Assembly: GCA_965207885.1 (NCBI GenBank)
Contig: OZ242311.1
Span: 2,848,001 to 2,912,000 of the forward strand
Origin: Candidatus Latescibacterota bacterium
Lineage (GTDB): Bacteria > Latescibacterota > UBA2968
DNA: 64,000 bases
Reading direction: 5' to 3'
The notes beneath the pieces were generated by a model, which was not told the origin of the DNA, made no database searches, and saw only the letters and a program-made list of their open reading frames with translations. Shown in pieces: positions 32,908 to 42,590 of the stretch. Within the stretch, counting starts at the first letter, position 1, and each line of letters opens with the position of its first letter. The translations under genes were made by a program, and so were the position numbers.

Positions 32908-34104
32908 CATAGTACACGACAAAACCTAAATCGGGTTAAAATCTGGCGGATTAATCAGTAAACGAATGCATTTGAGGAACTGCTGGGCTTGTTGGTGTAT
33001 ATTGAGCAGGACATACTGCAAATAGTCCAACCCATATCGGAAGAGACTTTTTTCCATCCGTCCGTGGTTTTTGACCTTCAAAGGTTTTGTAAGGGCGATC
33101 CATTCGCCGATGATATGGGCCCAGGTGCAGGCAATAGCCAAAAGCGCGATGAGTTTTTCAATGCGATCTTGATGTATAAGGTGGGTCTCTTCCAGATTAA
33201 ATCCTCGACTTTTCAAATTTGCAAAAAGGACTTCAATGCCCCAACGTTTTTTATACACCTCCAATGCGACTTGACGTTGTTGGTTGCTTGCAAGAATGAG
33301 GTATTGATCCTTCAATCTTAGCGCAGACACATACACAGGTAGGTCATAAACGCGGCGAGGTCTTTGTAGGCTGACCTGCTGATGGATGTGCAAATTTTCA
33401 AAGAGTTTTTTTATGGGTATCTCTCTATCTGCCCTTGAGACAAGGGCATTTTCCTTGATGCGGATGACAAAAGGGATGTTTTGTGTGTCTAACCACGCAA
33501 ACCATTCTCTTCCAATGAATTCTCTATCTGCCAATACAACGCGGATATGAGACTTGGGAATGCGCGTAAGCACCTGTTTCATCAAATTGATACGCTCATC
33601 ACTATTGGAATTGCCTCGTTTTTTTAACAAGTGCCAACACATAGGAAAGGCGACCCCTTCATAGATAATGCCTGCGGTTAGGATGTTGATATTGAATTTG
33701 CCTAACTTCCAATTAGTGCGATCTATTGAGACTGCAAAATCGGTCTTTATAGGTAATAAGTGCAAGATCAGTCGCGTCACGGCTTCATAAGGAATGTCAA
33801 ACTCAGCGAAAAAACGCTGTATCCTGCGGTAATTTGATTGCGGTTTGACCTGTCCATTTAGCGCATTAGCCAATTTGGCGAAGTTGACCCTGCTCAGCTT
33901 GACCAAAGACAAGATGAAGGCCGCTGTGAAAGTGATGCGTGCTTTATGCCACCCAAAATGGCCTTGCAATACATGGTGAAGTTGTATAACTTGACGAGAC
34001 ATAGACCTGTGCCTTGTTGAGATGAGAAGGTTCGTTTTCACACATTCAAACCTAACTCTTTTTCACGTTTTGCACAGGTCTTTTATTTTTTGTCGTGTAC
34101 TTTA
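32908..34104 (-). mobile_element. IS4-family (ISAba1-like) element, copy 2, 1197 bp
   Basis: Same ends and same transposase as copy 1. 9-bp TSD catatttat at 32899-32907 and 34105-34113. Confidence 0.96.
32926..34041 (-). CDS. IS4-family DDE transposase
   Basis: Translation identical to 3351-4466. Confidence 0.95.
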   Translation of the reverse strand: MKTNLLISTRHRSMSRQVIQLHHVLQGHFGWHKARITFTAAFILSLVKLSRVNFAKLANALNGQVKPQSNYRRIQRFFAEFDIPYEAVTRLILHLLPIKTDFAVSIDRTNWKLGKFNINILTAGIIYEGVAFPMCWHLLKKRGNSNSDERINLMKQVLTRIPKSHIRVVLADREFIGREWFAWLDTQNIPFVIRIKENALVSRADREIPIKKLFENLHIHQQVSLQRPRRVYDLPVYVSALRLKDQYLILASNQQRQVALEVYKKRWGIEVLFANLKSRGFNLEETHLIHQDRIEKLIALLAIACTWAHIIGEWIALTKPLKVKNHGRMEKSLFRYGLDYLQYVLLNIHQQAQQFLKCIRLLINPPDFNPI

Positions 34105-34341
34105 CATATTTATATTGACCCACACAACCGCGGTCAGATTCTCACGGCAAATGAATGTGCCGATCTCATTGGTGAAAAAATCTCGGACGATCTCTTTTCT
34201 AAAGCCAGCAACTGCTTCACACTCTTTCGCATGATGAACAACCTCAGATATACATATCTAAATCTGGACGACCCAAACCGCGCAGAAAAACTCGAACATC
34301 TCATGCACATCCTGCAACCCGATATATGAGCGGAGGTGCCA

Positions 34342-34812
34342 ATGTCAGAAAGTATCAAAATTATCGCGCAAAACCGAAAAGCACGGCGCGACTACCACAT
34401 CCTCAGCACTTATGAAGCTGGCCTGCAATTGCGGGGCACAGAAGTCAAAGCCCTGCGCGAAGGACGAGCCAATTTGAAAGATGGCTACGCGCGTATTGAG
34501 GACGGGGAAGCTTATTTGCACAACACGCATATCAGCGAATATGCACAGGGCAACCAGTTTAACCACGACACCGAGCGCAAACGCAAATTGCTGCTCCACC
34601 GCCATGAAATCAATCGCCTGAGAGGATATATCAACGAAAGAGGCCATACATTAATTCCCCTCAAACTCTATTTCAAACGCGGCAAAGCCAAAGTTGAGCT
34701 CGGCGTGGCACGCGGCAAAAAACAATTTGACAAGAGGCGCGATATTGCTCGCCGAGATGCCCAGCGCGAAGTCGAACAGGCGTTGAAGACACGCACCCGC
34801 AACGGGAGGTAA
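34342..34812 (+). CDS. smpB: SsrA-binding protein
   Basis: [36 protein letters not shown]. Confidence 0.98.
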   Translation: MSESIKIIAQNRKARRDYHILSTYEAGLQLRGTEVKALREGRANLKDGYARIEDGEAYLHNTHISEYAQGNQFNHDTERKRKLLLHRHEINRLRGYINERGHTLIPLKLYFKRGKAKVELGVARGKKQFDKRRDIARRDAQREVEQALKTRTRNGR

Positions 34813-35670
34813 ATCATCACATCTCCACAAACAACAGGCATTGACCTCCCCCCCGATGACCTGGGTTACTACTACGACCCACATGTCAAAGCGGGGCTTC
34901 ACGGCGAAATCAAACTTTCTCAAAAAGTGCTCGAACACTGTCAATGCGGCGGCAAGTCGCCTTTTATGGTCCTTGATGCAAAGAGCGGCGAGCCCACCTG
35001 GTGCCCGTGTTATTCCTTTCGGATGGAGAGACTCCATGTTGACAGATACATCCGAAAATCGGGCATTCCCGCGCCCTTTCGCTTTAAGTTCTTACAGGAT
35101 TTTAAAGAGCAGTACGACAATGGTCAGCCCAACCGAGAAGCCATACTCCTCAAGTCCTATTTCAGCACTCTGGTCGATAATCTTTACGGCAACAAAGAAT
35201 CGATCAAAGGCTTCTATTTGTGGGGCGAGCCAGGCCGTGGAAAAACTTACTTTGCATATATCTTGCTCAACGAACTCATTTTTCGATTTGTAAAACCCGG
35301 CAAATTCATCTCACTATCAAAGAGCTTTCAAGAACTCAGACATACATTTGACGAAAGCAGTGACACGCATGGGCAGGCCATGCCCATGATTGAAGTATTG
35401 AGCAATGTGCCCTATCTCGTCATTGACGACTTTGGCGTGCAGCGCAATACCGAATGGGAAATGGAAATCCTCTACAACCTCATTGACGCCCGCTATGCCA
35501 ATCGACGCCTGACATTTGTGACCACAAATCAGAAAGCCGATGAATTAAAAGAACTCGCTCAGGGGCGCATCTATTCTCGCTTTCTCGAAATGTGTCATAT
35601 CATTCACGTTGACGGATACGACTTCCGAGAATTGGGCAATCCCGAAGAAAGATGGATCGGTTCGCAGTAA
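34813..35670 (+). CDS. DnaC/IstB-like AAA+ ATPase with N-terminal Cys motif
   Basis: CQCGG..CPC, Walker A GEPGRGKT, Walker B VIDDFG, TTN. The frame is open from 34813 but the first standard start is GTG at 34927. Confidence 0.8.
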   Translation: MITSPQTTGIDLPPDDLGYYYDPHVKAGLHGEIKLSQKVLEHCQCGGKSPFMVLDAKSGEPTWCPCYSFRMERLHVDRYIRKSGIPAPFRFKFLQDFKEQYDNGQPNREAILLKSYFSTLVDNLYGNKESIKGFYLWGEPGRGKTYFAYILLNELIFRFVKPGKFISLSKSFQELRHTFDESSDTHGQAMPMIEVLSNVPYLVIDDFGVQRNTEWEMEILYNLIDARYANRRLTFVTTNQKADELKELAQGRIYSRFLEMCHIIHVDGYDFRELGNPEERWIGSQ

Positions 35671-35683
35671 CAAAGGAGCATTT

Positions 35684-36400
35684 ATGAGCCAGCGCATAGA
35701 TGGACGCCGCCCAGACCAATTGCGTCCCGTGAGTATTGAGCGCGGATTTATGAAACACGCCGAGGGATCGGCACTGATCAAAATGGGTGACACACACGTT
35801 ATATGCACAGCCAGTGTTGAGAACCGCGTACCCCATTTTCTCGTGGGTAAAAACACGGGCTGGATCACGGCGGAATACGCCATGTTGCCCCGTTCAACCC
35901 ATACGCGCAGCGAGCGCGAAACGCGCGGCACTAAGGGCCGAACCCAGGAAATTCAACGCCTTATTGGCCGTGCATTGCGCGCCGTGATCGACCTCAAAAA
36001 ACTCGGCGCGCGCACCCTCTGGATCGACTGCGATGTGTTACAAGCCGATGGCGGTACCCGCACAGCCTCAATTTCGGGGGCTTATGTTGCAGTCGTCGAT
36101 GCGATTAACAAGCTCAAAAATAAAGGCCGTATTACAGAAAATCCTCTTGGCGATTCCGTCGCCGCTGTCAGCGTTGGCATAATTGGCAATACGCCCATGC
36201 TCGATTTGTGTTATGCCGAAGATGCAAACGCCGAAGTGGATATGAATATCGTCATGACCGGTCAGGGCAACTTTGTCGAAGTACAGGGCACAGCCGAAGG
36301 AAAACCCTTCACTTTCGACCAGATGCAACACCTCATCGCCCTGGGCCAAAAGGGCATCTCCGAAATCACGCAACTCCAGCGTGATGTTTTAGCGCAATAG
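35684..36400 (+). CDS. rph: Ribonuclease PH
   Basis: [32 protein letters not shown]; RBS aggag. Confidence 0.98.
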   Translation: MSQRIDGRRPDQLRPVSIERGFMKHAEGSALIKMGDTHVICTASVENRVPHFLVGKNTGWITAEYAMLPRSTHTRSERETRGTKGRTQEIQRLIGRALRAVIDLKKLGARTLWIDCDVLQADGGTRTASISGAYVAVVDAINKLKNKGRITENPLGDSVAAVSVGIIGNTPMLDLCYAEDANAEVDMNIVMTGQGNFVEVQGTAEGKPFTFDQMQHLIALGQKGISEITQLQRDVLAQ

Positions 36401-36411
36401 TAGCCACACCT

Positions 36412-37017
36412 ATGCCTACCCTCATACTCGCCACCCGCAATCAGGGCAAACGCAGGGAAATCCAGGACATGCTCGGCTCTGATATTCAGGTCGTATCGCT
36501 CGATGCGTTTCCCAATGCGCCCGAAGTGATCGAAGACGGCGATACCTTTGAAGCCAACGCCATCAAAAAAGCCCGTGAAATTGCAAAATACACGGGCTTA
36601 TCTGCTTTGGCCGATGACTCGGGCCTTGTGGTCGATGCCTTAAACGGCGCACCCGGCATATATTCCGCGCGCTACGCCGGAGAAGATGCTACAGATGAGG
36701 CGAATAATGCCAAACTCATCGAAAACTTGAATAGTATTCCCACAAACCAGCGCACCGCGCACTTTTGCTGCGCGATGGCACTCGCCACACCTGATGGCAG
36801 TGTACAAACCACCGAGGCTATCTGGGAGGGCCGCATTCTCACAACACCCCGGGGCGCGAATGGCTTTGGTTACGATCCGCTCTTTTTCATTCTCACCCAC
36901 AACTGCACTTCTGCCGAACTGCCTTCTGACGAAAAAAATCGCATCAGCCACCGGGGCCAGGCTCTGCGTGCTATCTTGCCCCTCATCCTCGACCTTTTCA
37001 AGGCACCTATACCATGA
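36412..37017 (+). CDS. rdgB: XTP/dITP diphosphatase
   Basis: ATRNQGK, ADDSGL, GFGYDPLF, SHRGQA; follows rph. Confidence 0.96.
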   Translation: MPTLILATRNQGKRREIQDMLGSDIQVVSLDAFPNAPEVIEDGDTFEANAIKKAREIAKYTGLSALADDSGLVVDALNGAPGIYSARYAGEDATDEANNAKLIENLNSIPTNQRTAHFCCAMALATPDGSVQTTEAIWEGRILTTPRGANGFGYDPLFFILTHNCTSAELPSDEKNRISHRGQALRAILPLILDLFKAPIP

Positions 37018-37172
37018 ATGATCCCAACATTCCCCCCCGACCCAAATGGTGGTATCAAAAACATGGGTTTGTGCTCCTCTGCGTCGCTATCTTTATTATT
37101 CTCGCAATAATTTTATTGCTCTATGTGCGCGGCATTGATCCCGTCATTGCAGAATTTTATATCTTCCAATAA
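37014..37172 (+). CDS. Small single-TM protein (52 aa), below the ORF-track cutoff
   Basis: ATGA overlap with the rdgB stop. MNDPNIPPRPKWWYQKHGFVLLCVAIFIILAIILLLYVRGIDPVIAEFYIFQ. Confidence 0.65.
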   Translation: MNDPNIPPRPKWWYQKHGFVLLCVAIFIILAIILLLYVRGIDPVIAEFYIFQ

Positions 37173-37202
37173 CTACACTCTGGAAAACATAAGGAGCAAA
37201 TA

Positions 37203-37643
37203 ATGACCGCTGAGGCAAAACCAAATGTCAAACAGGCAGTCCCGTTTTTTTCGGTATCAAACATCAAAGCATCTGTTCGCTTCTATGTCGAGGGTCTCGG
37301 ATTTGAAATGATCCATAAATGGGAACCAGATGGAAGGCTTCGCTGGTGCTGGCTCCAATGCGGGAACGCTGCGCTGATGTTGCAGGAATTCCGAAAGGAG
37401 GGACGCAATTCGTGGGTGCCCGAAGGTAAAATGGGCGAAGGCGTCTCAATTGTATTCATGTGCGAAGATGCCCTGACGGTCTATCGCAGAATCAAGAATC
37501 GCGGTATCGAGGTATCGAATCCCTTTGTCGGAAACGGAATGTGGGTTGTTTCATTGAACGACCCGGATGGATTTAGTATCTGCTTTGAGAGCGATACAGA
37601 TGTGCCAGAAGGCACTGAATTTTCAGAGGATCTAAATCGATAA
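37203..37643 (+). CDS. VOC/glyoxalase-family protein
   Basis: SVRFYVEGLGF, LMLQE, DPDGFSICF; RBS aaggag. Confidence 0.85.
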   Translation: MTAEAKPNVKQAVPFFSVSNIKASVRFYVEGLGFEMIHKWEPDGRLRWCWLQCGNAALMLQEFRKEGRNSWVPEGKMGEGVSIVFMCEDALTVYRRIKNRGIEVSNPFVGNGMWVVSLNDPDGFSICFESDTDVPEGTEFSEDLNR

Positions 37644-37670
37644 ATTGCTGATACAACTCAGGACACCACC

Positions 37671-37835
37671 ATGCGCTGGGACGATCCCCGACGAAATCCC
37701 TATCACGATCCAGATACCCGAACTCCGGGATGGCTGCTGTGTCTGATCGCTGTGGCCGTAGCAATAGCAGTGACGGCTCTCGGGTGGGTCGTTCTCTATT
37801 TGAGAGAAGTATTCAGTGCGCGACCACTCGGGTGA
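37671..37835 (+). CDS. Small single-TM protein (54 aa)
   Basis: RBS agga. MRWDDPRRNPYHDPDTRTPGWLLCLIAVAVAIAVTALGWVVLYLREVFSARPLG. Confidence 0.55.
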   Translation: MRWDDPRRNPYHDPDTRTPGWLLCLIAVAVAIAVTALGWVVLYLREVFSARPLG

Positions 37836-37841
37836 ATCCTA

Positions 37842-38609
37842 TCAATACGTCGCCCTACCACCGCTGACATCATAACACTGCCCGGTCACAAAAGAGGCAT
37901 CGTCGGATGCGAGAAAGTGGACAACAGCGGCGACTTCTTCCGGTTGACCGAGGCGACCGAGGGGAATTTTGGACGTCATGTAATCGAGTTGCTCTGGCTC
38001 CACATCTGCCAACAGTGGGGTTTCGATCAGAGCTGGCGAGATGCAGTTGACGCGAATATTGTCCTCGAGATGCTCTTTTGCCAGGACCTTGGTAAAACAT
38101 ATAATACCCGCTTTAGAGACCGAATAGGGTGCCATGCTGGGATTGCCTTCTTTGCCTGCTATGGAGGCGACCGAGACTATAGCACCTTTTTTTTGATTGA
38201 GCATAGGCGCGATTACAGCGCGCGAACACAGAAAAGTCCCCTTGAGATTGATATCGAGAACCTGGTCCCAATCCCCTTCCGTGAGATCTTTGACGGGCAC
38301 ATCGCGCCCCACAATGCCCGCGTTGTTGACGAGAATATCAATACGCCCCCAGGTATTGAGACATTCATCAACGGTATTCTGCACACGCTCGGCATTTGCA
38401 ACATCGAGCGACAGAGCCAATGCATCTGCCCCGATTTCTCGAGCCGCTTCGCGTGCTTTCTCCAGATTGAGATCGGCAATCGCCACACTTGCACCGGCCT
38501 CAGCAAGGCGTATGGCAATCGCTTTTCCAATACCCTGCGCGGCACCGGTGATAATGGCCGTTCTATTGGTGAGATTTTTGGGAATCATATTATTTTGGAT
38601 CCGGGTCAT
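37842..38609 (-). CDS. SDR-family oxidoreductase
   Basis: TGAAQGIG, NNAG, YSVSK. Confidence 0.93.
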   Translation of the reverse strand: MTRIQNNMIPKNLTNRTAIITGAAQGIGKAIAIRLAEAGASVAIADLNLEKAREAAREIGADALALSLDVANAERVQNTVDECLNTWGRIDILVNNAGIVGRDVPVKDLTEGDWDQVLDINLKGTFLCSRAVIAPMLNQKKGAIVSVASIAGKEGNPSMAPYSVSKAGIICFTKVLAKEHLEDNIRVNCISPALIETPLLADVEPEQLDYMTSKIPLGRLGQPEEVAAVVHFLASDDASFVTGQCYDVSGGRATY

Positions 38610-39408
38610 CTGGTGGAACGGGATGATCTTGCGATTTTAGCTCCGTCGGCGTGCTATCAGACAAATAACCGCCATCGACATAGATGTTTTGGCCCGTGAT
38701 ATAGCGTGCATCTTCCGAAGCCAGAAAGGCGGCGACAGTTCCAATATCTCGGGTGTATCCGCGAGCACCCCAGGGGATGCGTTTGCGGTAGGCATCGATA
38801 ACTTCAGGACCAAGTGATGCGCCCATACCTTCGGATGCAATAGCACCCGGACCAATGGCGTTGACATTAATTTTGTAAGGAGCGAGTTCCACCGCAAGGG
38901 TTCGCGTGAGCATAACCACTGCGGCTTTAGAAGGCTGATAGGCAGAAGCGTCGAAATGCGCAACTTCGGCCTGTACAGACGAGATATTAATAATTTTGCC
39001 ACCTTGCTTGCGCGCTATCATGTCTTTGACAACCGCGCGACTGCAATAAAAAGGCCCATTGAGATTCACATCGAGAATGCGCTGCCACGCCTCATCTGTA
39101 ATGGCTGTGACGCCACCATCTTGAGGAATATACACACCGGCATTATTGACCAGAATATCGATGCGTCCAAAGCGATTGAGCGTCTGTTGAACCATATCCT
39201 CGACCTGACCCGAGTCAGCCACATCAGCGGGAATGACGAGGGCCTCGCAGCCGAGATCTTCGATCTGGTGTGCGGTGGTCTCGGCTGTTTCGGCAGTGAG
39301 ATCGTTAACGGCAATATGCGCGCCTGCACTACCCATTTCGAGCGCAATGGCTTTGCCAATGCCCGATCCCGCACCTGTTATAAGCGCGATTTTGTTTTCG
39401 AGTTTCAT
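38590..39408 (-). CDS. SDR-family oxidoreductase
   Basis: TGAGSGIG, NNAG, YQPSK. Confidence 0.93.
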   Translation of the reverse strand: MKLENKIALITGAGSGIGKAIALEMGSAGAHIAVNDLTAETAETTAHQIEDLGCEALVIPADVADSGQVEDMVQQTLNRFGRIDILVNNAGVYIPQDGGVTAITDEAWQRILDVNLNGPFYCSRAVVKDMIARKQGGKIINISSVQAEVAHFDASAYQPSKAAVVMLTRTLAVELAPYKINVNAIGPGAIASEGMGASLGPEVIDAYRKRIPWGARGYTRDIGTVAAFLASEDARYITGQNIYVDGGYLSDSTPTELKSQDHPVPPDDPDPK

Positions 39409-39435
39409 GAACCCCTCCCTGAAATTATGTTCAAA

Positions 39436-40530
39436 TCAAAAAAGGCCGGTTTGGACATCTTGTTGTAGATATTCGATGAGTTTGCGACTGGTGCGGGAAA
39501 AAGCATAAGCATTAAAATCGGCACGTACAACCCATGCGAGATTGTCGCAACCTATTGGACGCGCTCTACCTTTGACATAATGACACTGGAAAGTGTGCAG
39601 GGTCATACTGAAGTGTGTAAAAGCGTGTTTGACCGTGCGGTAGCGATCGTTGATTTCGACATCGATGCCCGCGGTTTCTCTTATCCCTCGCATACAGGTA
39701 TCTTGCAGAGAATCCCCCTCCCGTTGCGTTCCTGCGGGAAATTCCCAAAGCCCGCCGAGCAAGCCATTTTGCGGGCGTTGGGTAATGAGCACTTTGTCAT
39801 TGTGCCACACAATGCCCGCACACAGCGTGTGATGAGGACGCGGCTTCCTTTTTCCTTTGACGGGCAGACGCTGCGGATTGCCCACTCTGTACGCCGCACA
39901 GTATTTTTGCACAGGACACTGATCGCACACCGGATTTTTGGCGGTGCAGACCATTGCGCCGAGTTCCATAATCGCCTGATTGTAGGTGCCTGCTTCACCT
40001 TTTGGCAACAGAGCCTGGGCGAGATCCCACAGCTGATTTTTGACGCGGGTTTGCGTGACATCGTCGCCGATATCAAAGAGGCGCGTGACAACGCGAATAA
40101 CATTGCCATCGAGCACGGCATGGTCGCGATCATAAGCAATGCTCAAAACTGCGGCTGTGGTATAAGGACCAAAGCCAGGCAGGGATTTGAGTTCGTCGTA
40201 CGTATTGGGCACGGTGCCGCCAAAGTCCATAGCAATAGAATGCGCGGCTTTGTGCAAATTGCGGGCGCGAGCGTAATAGCCCAACCCTTCCCAGGCTTTG
40301 AGGACATCATCCTGTGAGGCATTGGCGAGGTCGAAAACCGTGGGAAAACTGTCGAGAAAGCGATGGTAATAGGGAATAACAGTATCGACCTGCGTTTGCT
40401 GGAGCATAAACTCAGACAGCAAGATGCGATAGGGATCGTCTGTCTGTCGCCATGGCAAATCGCGTTTGTGCTCGCGATACCAGGTCAGAAGATCGGCAGC
40501 GATCTGTGTTTTGAAATCCATGCGGGACAT
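39436..40530 (-). CDS. mutY: A/G-specific adenine glycosylase
   Basis: SEFMLQQT, WEGLGYY, CxxxxxxCxxCxxxxxC Fe-S motif, LWEFP. Confidence 0.97.
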   Translation of the reverse strand: MSRMDFKTQIAADLLTWYREHKRDLPWRQTDDPYRILLSEFMLQQTQVDTVIPYYHRFLDSFPTVFDLANASQDDVLKAWEGLGYYARARNLHKAAHSIAMDFGGTVPNTYDELKSLPGFGPYTTAAVLSIAYDRDHAVLDGNVIRVVTRLFDIGDDVTQTRVKNQLWDLAQALLPKGEAGTYNQAIMELGAMVCTAKNPVCDQCPVQKYCAAYRVGNPQRLPVKGKRKPRPHHTLCAGIVWHNDKVLITQRPQNGLLGGLWEFPAGTQREGDSLQDTCMRGIRETAGIDVEINDRYRTVKHAFTHFSMTLHTFQCHYVKGRARPIGCDNLAWVVRADFNAYAFSRTSRKLIEYLQQDVQTGLF

Positions 40531-40533
40531 AAA

Positions 40534-40863
40534 TCACGATTTCTCTGCAATCTTGCGGGCGTGCTCCTGGACGATATTCTGCGGACTGGCCGCGATCAGA
40601 TTGCGAATAGACAGAATAACAAACACGATGTCATCTCCCAATCCGATATGGGGAAGAATTGCCTCTGGGATAATATCAAAAGGAGAAAGCCCGTATAAAA
40701 TGGTTAAAACGACAAACACTTTGGGCAATAAAGGTATGCGGGAATCCCATAAAAGTCGCCAGGTAAGACGCAAGTATTTTGGGAGTCGAGAGATGATTGA
40801 CAAGACACCGCGTACGCGCAAGAGACGAAATAGAAGGAGAAAAATACGCATCATGGCAATCAC
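40534..40863 (-). CDS. YkvA/DUF1232-family membrane protein
   Basis: YGLSPFDIIPE..IGLGDD. Confidence 0.85.
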   Translation of the reverse strand: MIAMMRIFLLLFRLLRVRGVLSIISRLPKYLRLTWRLLWDSRIPLLPKVFVVLTILYGLSPFDIIPEAILPHIGLGDDIVFVILSIRNLIAASPQNIVQEHARKIAEKS

Positions 40864-40940
40864 CAGAAAGTGGTCAGTAGCCAGTCCCCACCACCCCTAT
40901 ATAATACACCAGATAAATTGTGTCAATCGCAGCAGATAGT

Positions 40941-42587
40941 TCAGATGTTGTCAATCTGGTTTTGGATAATCTCTTGCAGGGCACTGCGCTGCACTTTGCC
41001 CGTAGAGGTCAACGGGCGGTCTTCGGGTGTGATTGGGATAATGCTCGAAGGAGCTTCATAGGTACTCAGACCCGGGATTTGGCCGCTTTGTCCGCGTCTG
41101 AGAATATCCTGGGCTGCTTCAGACTGATCAATCCCAGATCTAAAAATAGCGGCTACACAAACGTCTTCCCCCCATCGGTCATGACGAAGACCAATCACAT
41201 AAACAGCGTCGAGTTCTGGACATGCGTCGAGCAAGGCATTTTCAACGGCGATGGGTGATATATTGACACCGCCTTTGATGATGATTTCTTTTTTTCGACC
41301 GTGCATAAAATAGAAACGGTGGTTATACAGGTCGCGGAAATATCCCATGTCGCCACTGCGGAACCAGCCATTGCAAAAAACCTCGGCAGTATCTTTGGGC
41401 TGGTTGAGATAGCCATTGGCAACCACGGGACCGCGCACGAGGATTTCACCGACATCGCCTTCGTTTCGCCCACCATCAATTCTTATGTTATTATTGGCAA
41501 GCTCAACACCAATGGCATTTTGTTCCAGCACATCGCGGTACTGATCATCGGGTAAATCGGGTGGTACGCCAGTAACGCGCAAACTGACTTCGGTTGAGCC
41601 ATACCCCTGAACGAGACGGACGCCAAAGCGATCGACAAATTGGCAGGCAATATTGGGTTGAACAGGTGCCGAACCGATCATAATTTTTTTTAGTGAAGAT
41701 ATGTCATAGCCCTCGCGCTCAAAGTCATCGGCGCGGGCGAGCAGGTCGGCCATAATCGTCGGTACAATACTCGCAGATGTCGCCCGCTCCCGCGATATGA
41801 TACGCCAGAACGCCGAAACGCTGTAGCGCGAATTGAGCACAAGGCTCCCCCCCACCATGAGGCTGGTGATTGAGAACGTGGTGGAATTGATATGATGAAG
41901 TGGTAAAACGAGGTTGAGGCGTTCGCGTGCATCAAATCCGAGCCAGCGAATGATGCCATCGGCATTGGATGTGAGGCTCTGTCGGGTAATACGCGCACCT
42001 TTGGGATGGCCTGTTGTACCCGATGTGTACAGCACAATACTGGTGTGTTGTTCGCCTTCTGGATCCCCAGACCACTCGGGCTCGATATCCACTGCGTCAT
42101 ATCCATCGGCGGTGAACAACTGCTCTGTCGTCACAATCTGGATATCGGGTAATGCGCGGCGTTGAATTTCTGCATGTTCGGGCAAAACAACGAGCAACCT
42201 GGCTCCGGCATTCTGCAGTTTATAGCGCTTGCGCTCGGGAACATCTTTGGCAATATCGAGAGGAACAGAAGTTGCGCCGAGGCGAAAAAGGGCAAGGGTG
42301 AGCAGGGGGATTTCTGCACAATTGGGCAAGGCAAGACTGACGCAATCGCCACATCTTATGCCGTATTCGCGATGCATCAGACCTGCAAGAGCAGCGGTGA
42401 GGCGTTCAAATTCAGAATAGGTAATAACCGTGCGAGCATCCGTATCGCAATCGCAAAATATCAACGCGGGTTTATCTGGCTGATGTTCTGCGCGATCTTT
42501 TAAGAGATGCGTAAAGTTCCGCCACGGAAAGCGATAGATATGGGAGTTGGCATTTTTAATACAGGTGAAAATTTGAGAATCGATCAT
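40941..42587 (-). CDS. Class I adenylate-forming enzyme (acyl-CoA ligase/MenE-like)
   Basis: YTSGTTGHPKG, QGYGSTE, GWFRSGD, GRKKEIIIKGG, TGKVQR. Confidence 0.9.
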   Translation of the reverse strand: MIDSQIFTCIKNANSHIYRFPWRNFTHLLKDRAEHQPDKPALIFCDCDTDARTVITYSEFERLTAALAGLMHREYGIRCGDCVSLALPNCAEIPLLTLALFRLGATSVPLDIAKDVPERKRYKLQNAGARLLVVLPEHAEIQRRALPDIQIVTTEQLFTADGYDAVDIEPEWSGDPEGEQHTSIVLYTSGTTGHPKGARITRQSLTSNADGIIRWLGFDARERLNLVLPLHHINSTTFSITSLMVGGSLVLNSRYSVSAFWRIISRERATSASIVPTIMADLLARADDFEREGYDISSLKKIMIGSAPVQPNIACQFVDRFGVRLVQGYGSTEVSLRVTGVPPDLPDDQYRDVLEQNAIGVELANNNIRIDGGRNEGDVGEILVRGPVVANGYLNQPKDTAEVFCNGWFRSGDMGYFRDLYNHRFYFMHGRKKEIIIKGGVNISPIAVENALLDACPELDAVYVIGLRHDRWGEDVCVAAIFRSGIDQSEAAQDILRRGQSGQIPGLSTYEAPSSIIPITPEDRPLTSTGKVQRSALQEIIQNQIDNI

Positions 42588-42590
42588 TAT

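Larger units (their letters stand above)
32293..34329 (+). pseudogene. SirB1/transglutaminase-like protein interrupted by IS4 copy 2
   Basis: N-part has LNHYLFDEQGF..Y..PDDTYFNRVIDRKRGWPITLS..LPKHYIV. The frame resumes after the TSD with IDPHNRGQIL..RMMNNL. Removing the IS and one TSD restores one frame. Confidence 0.9.
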
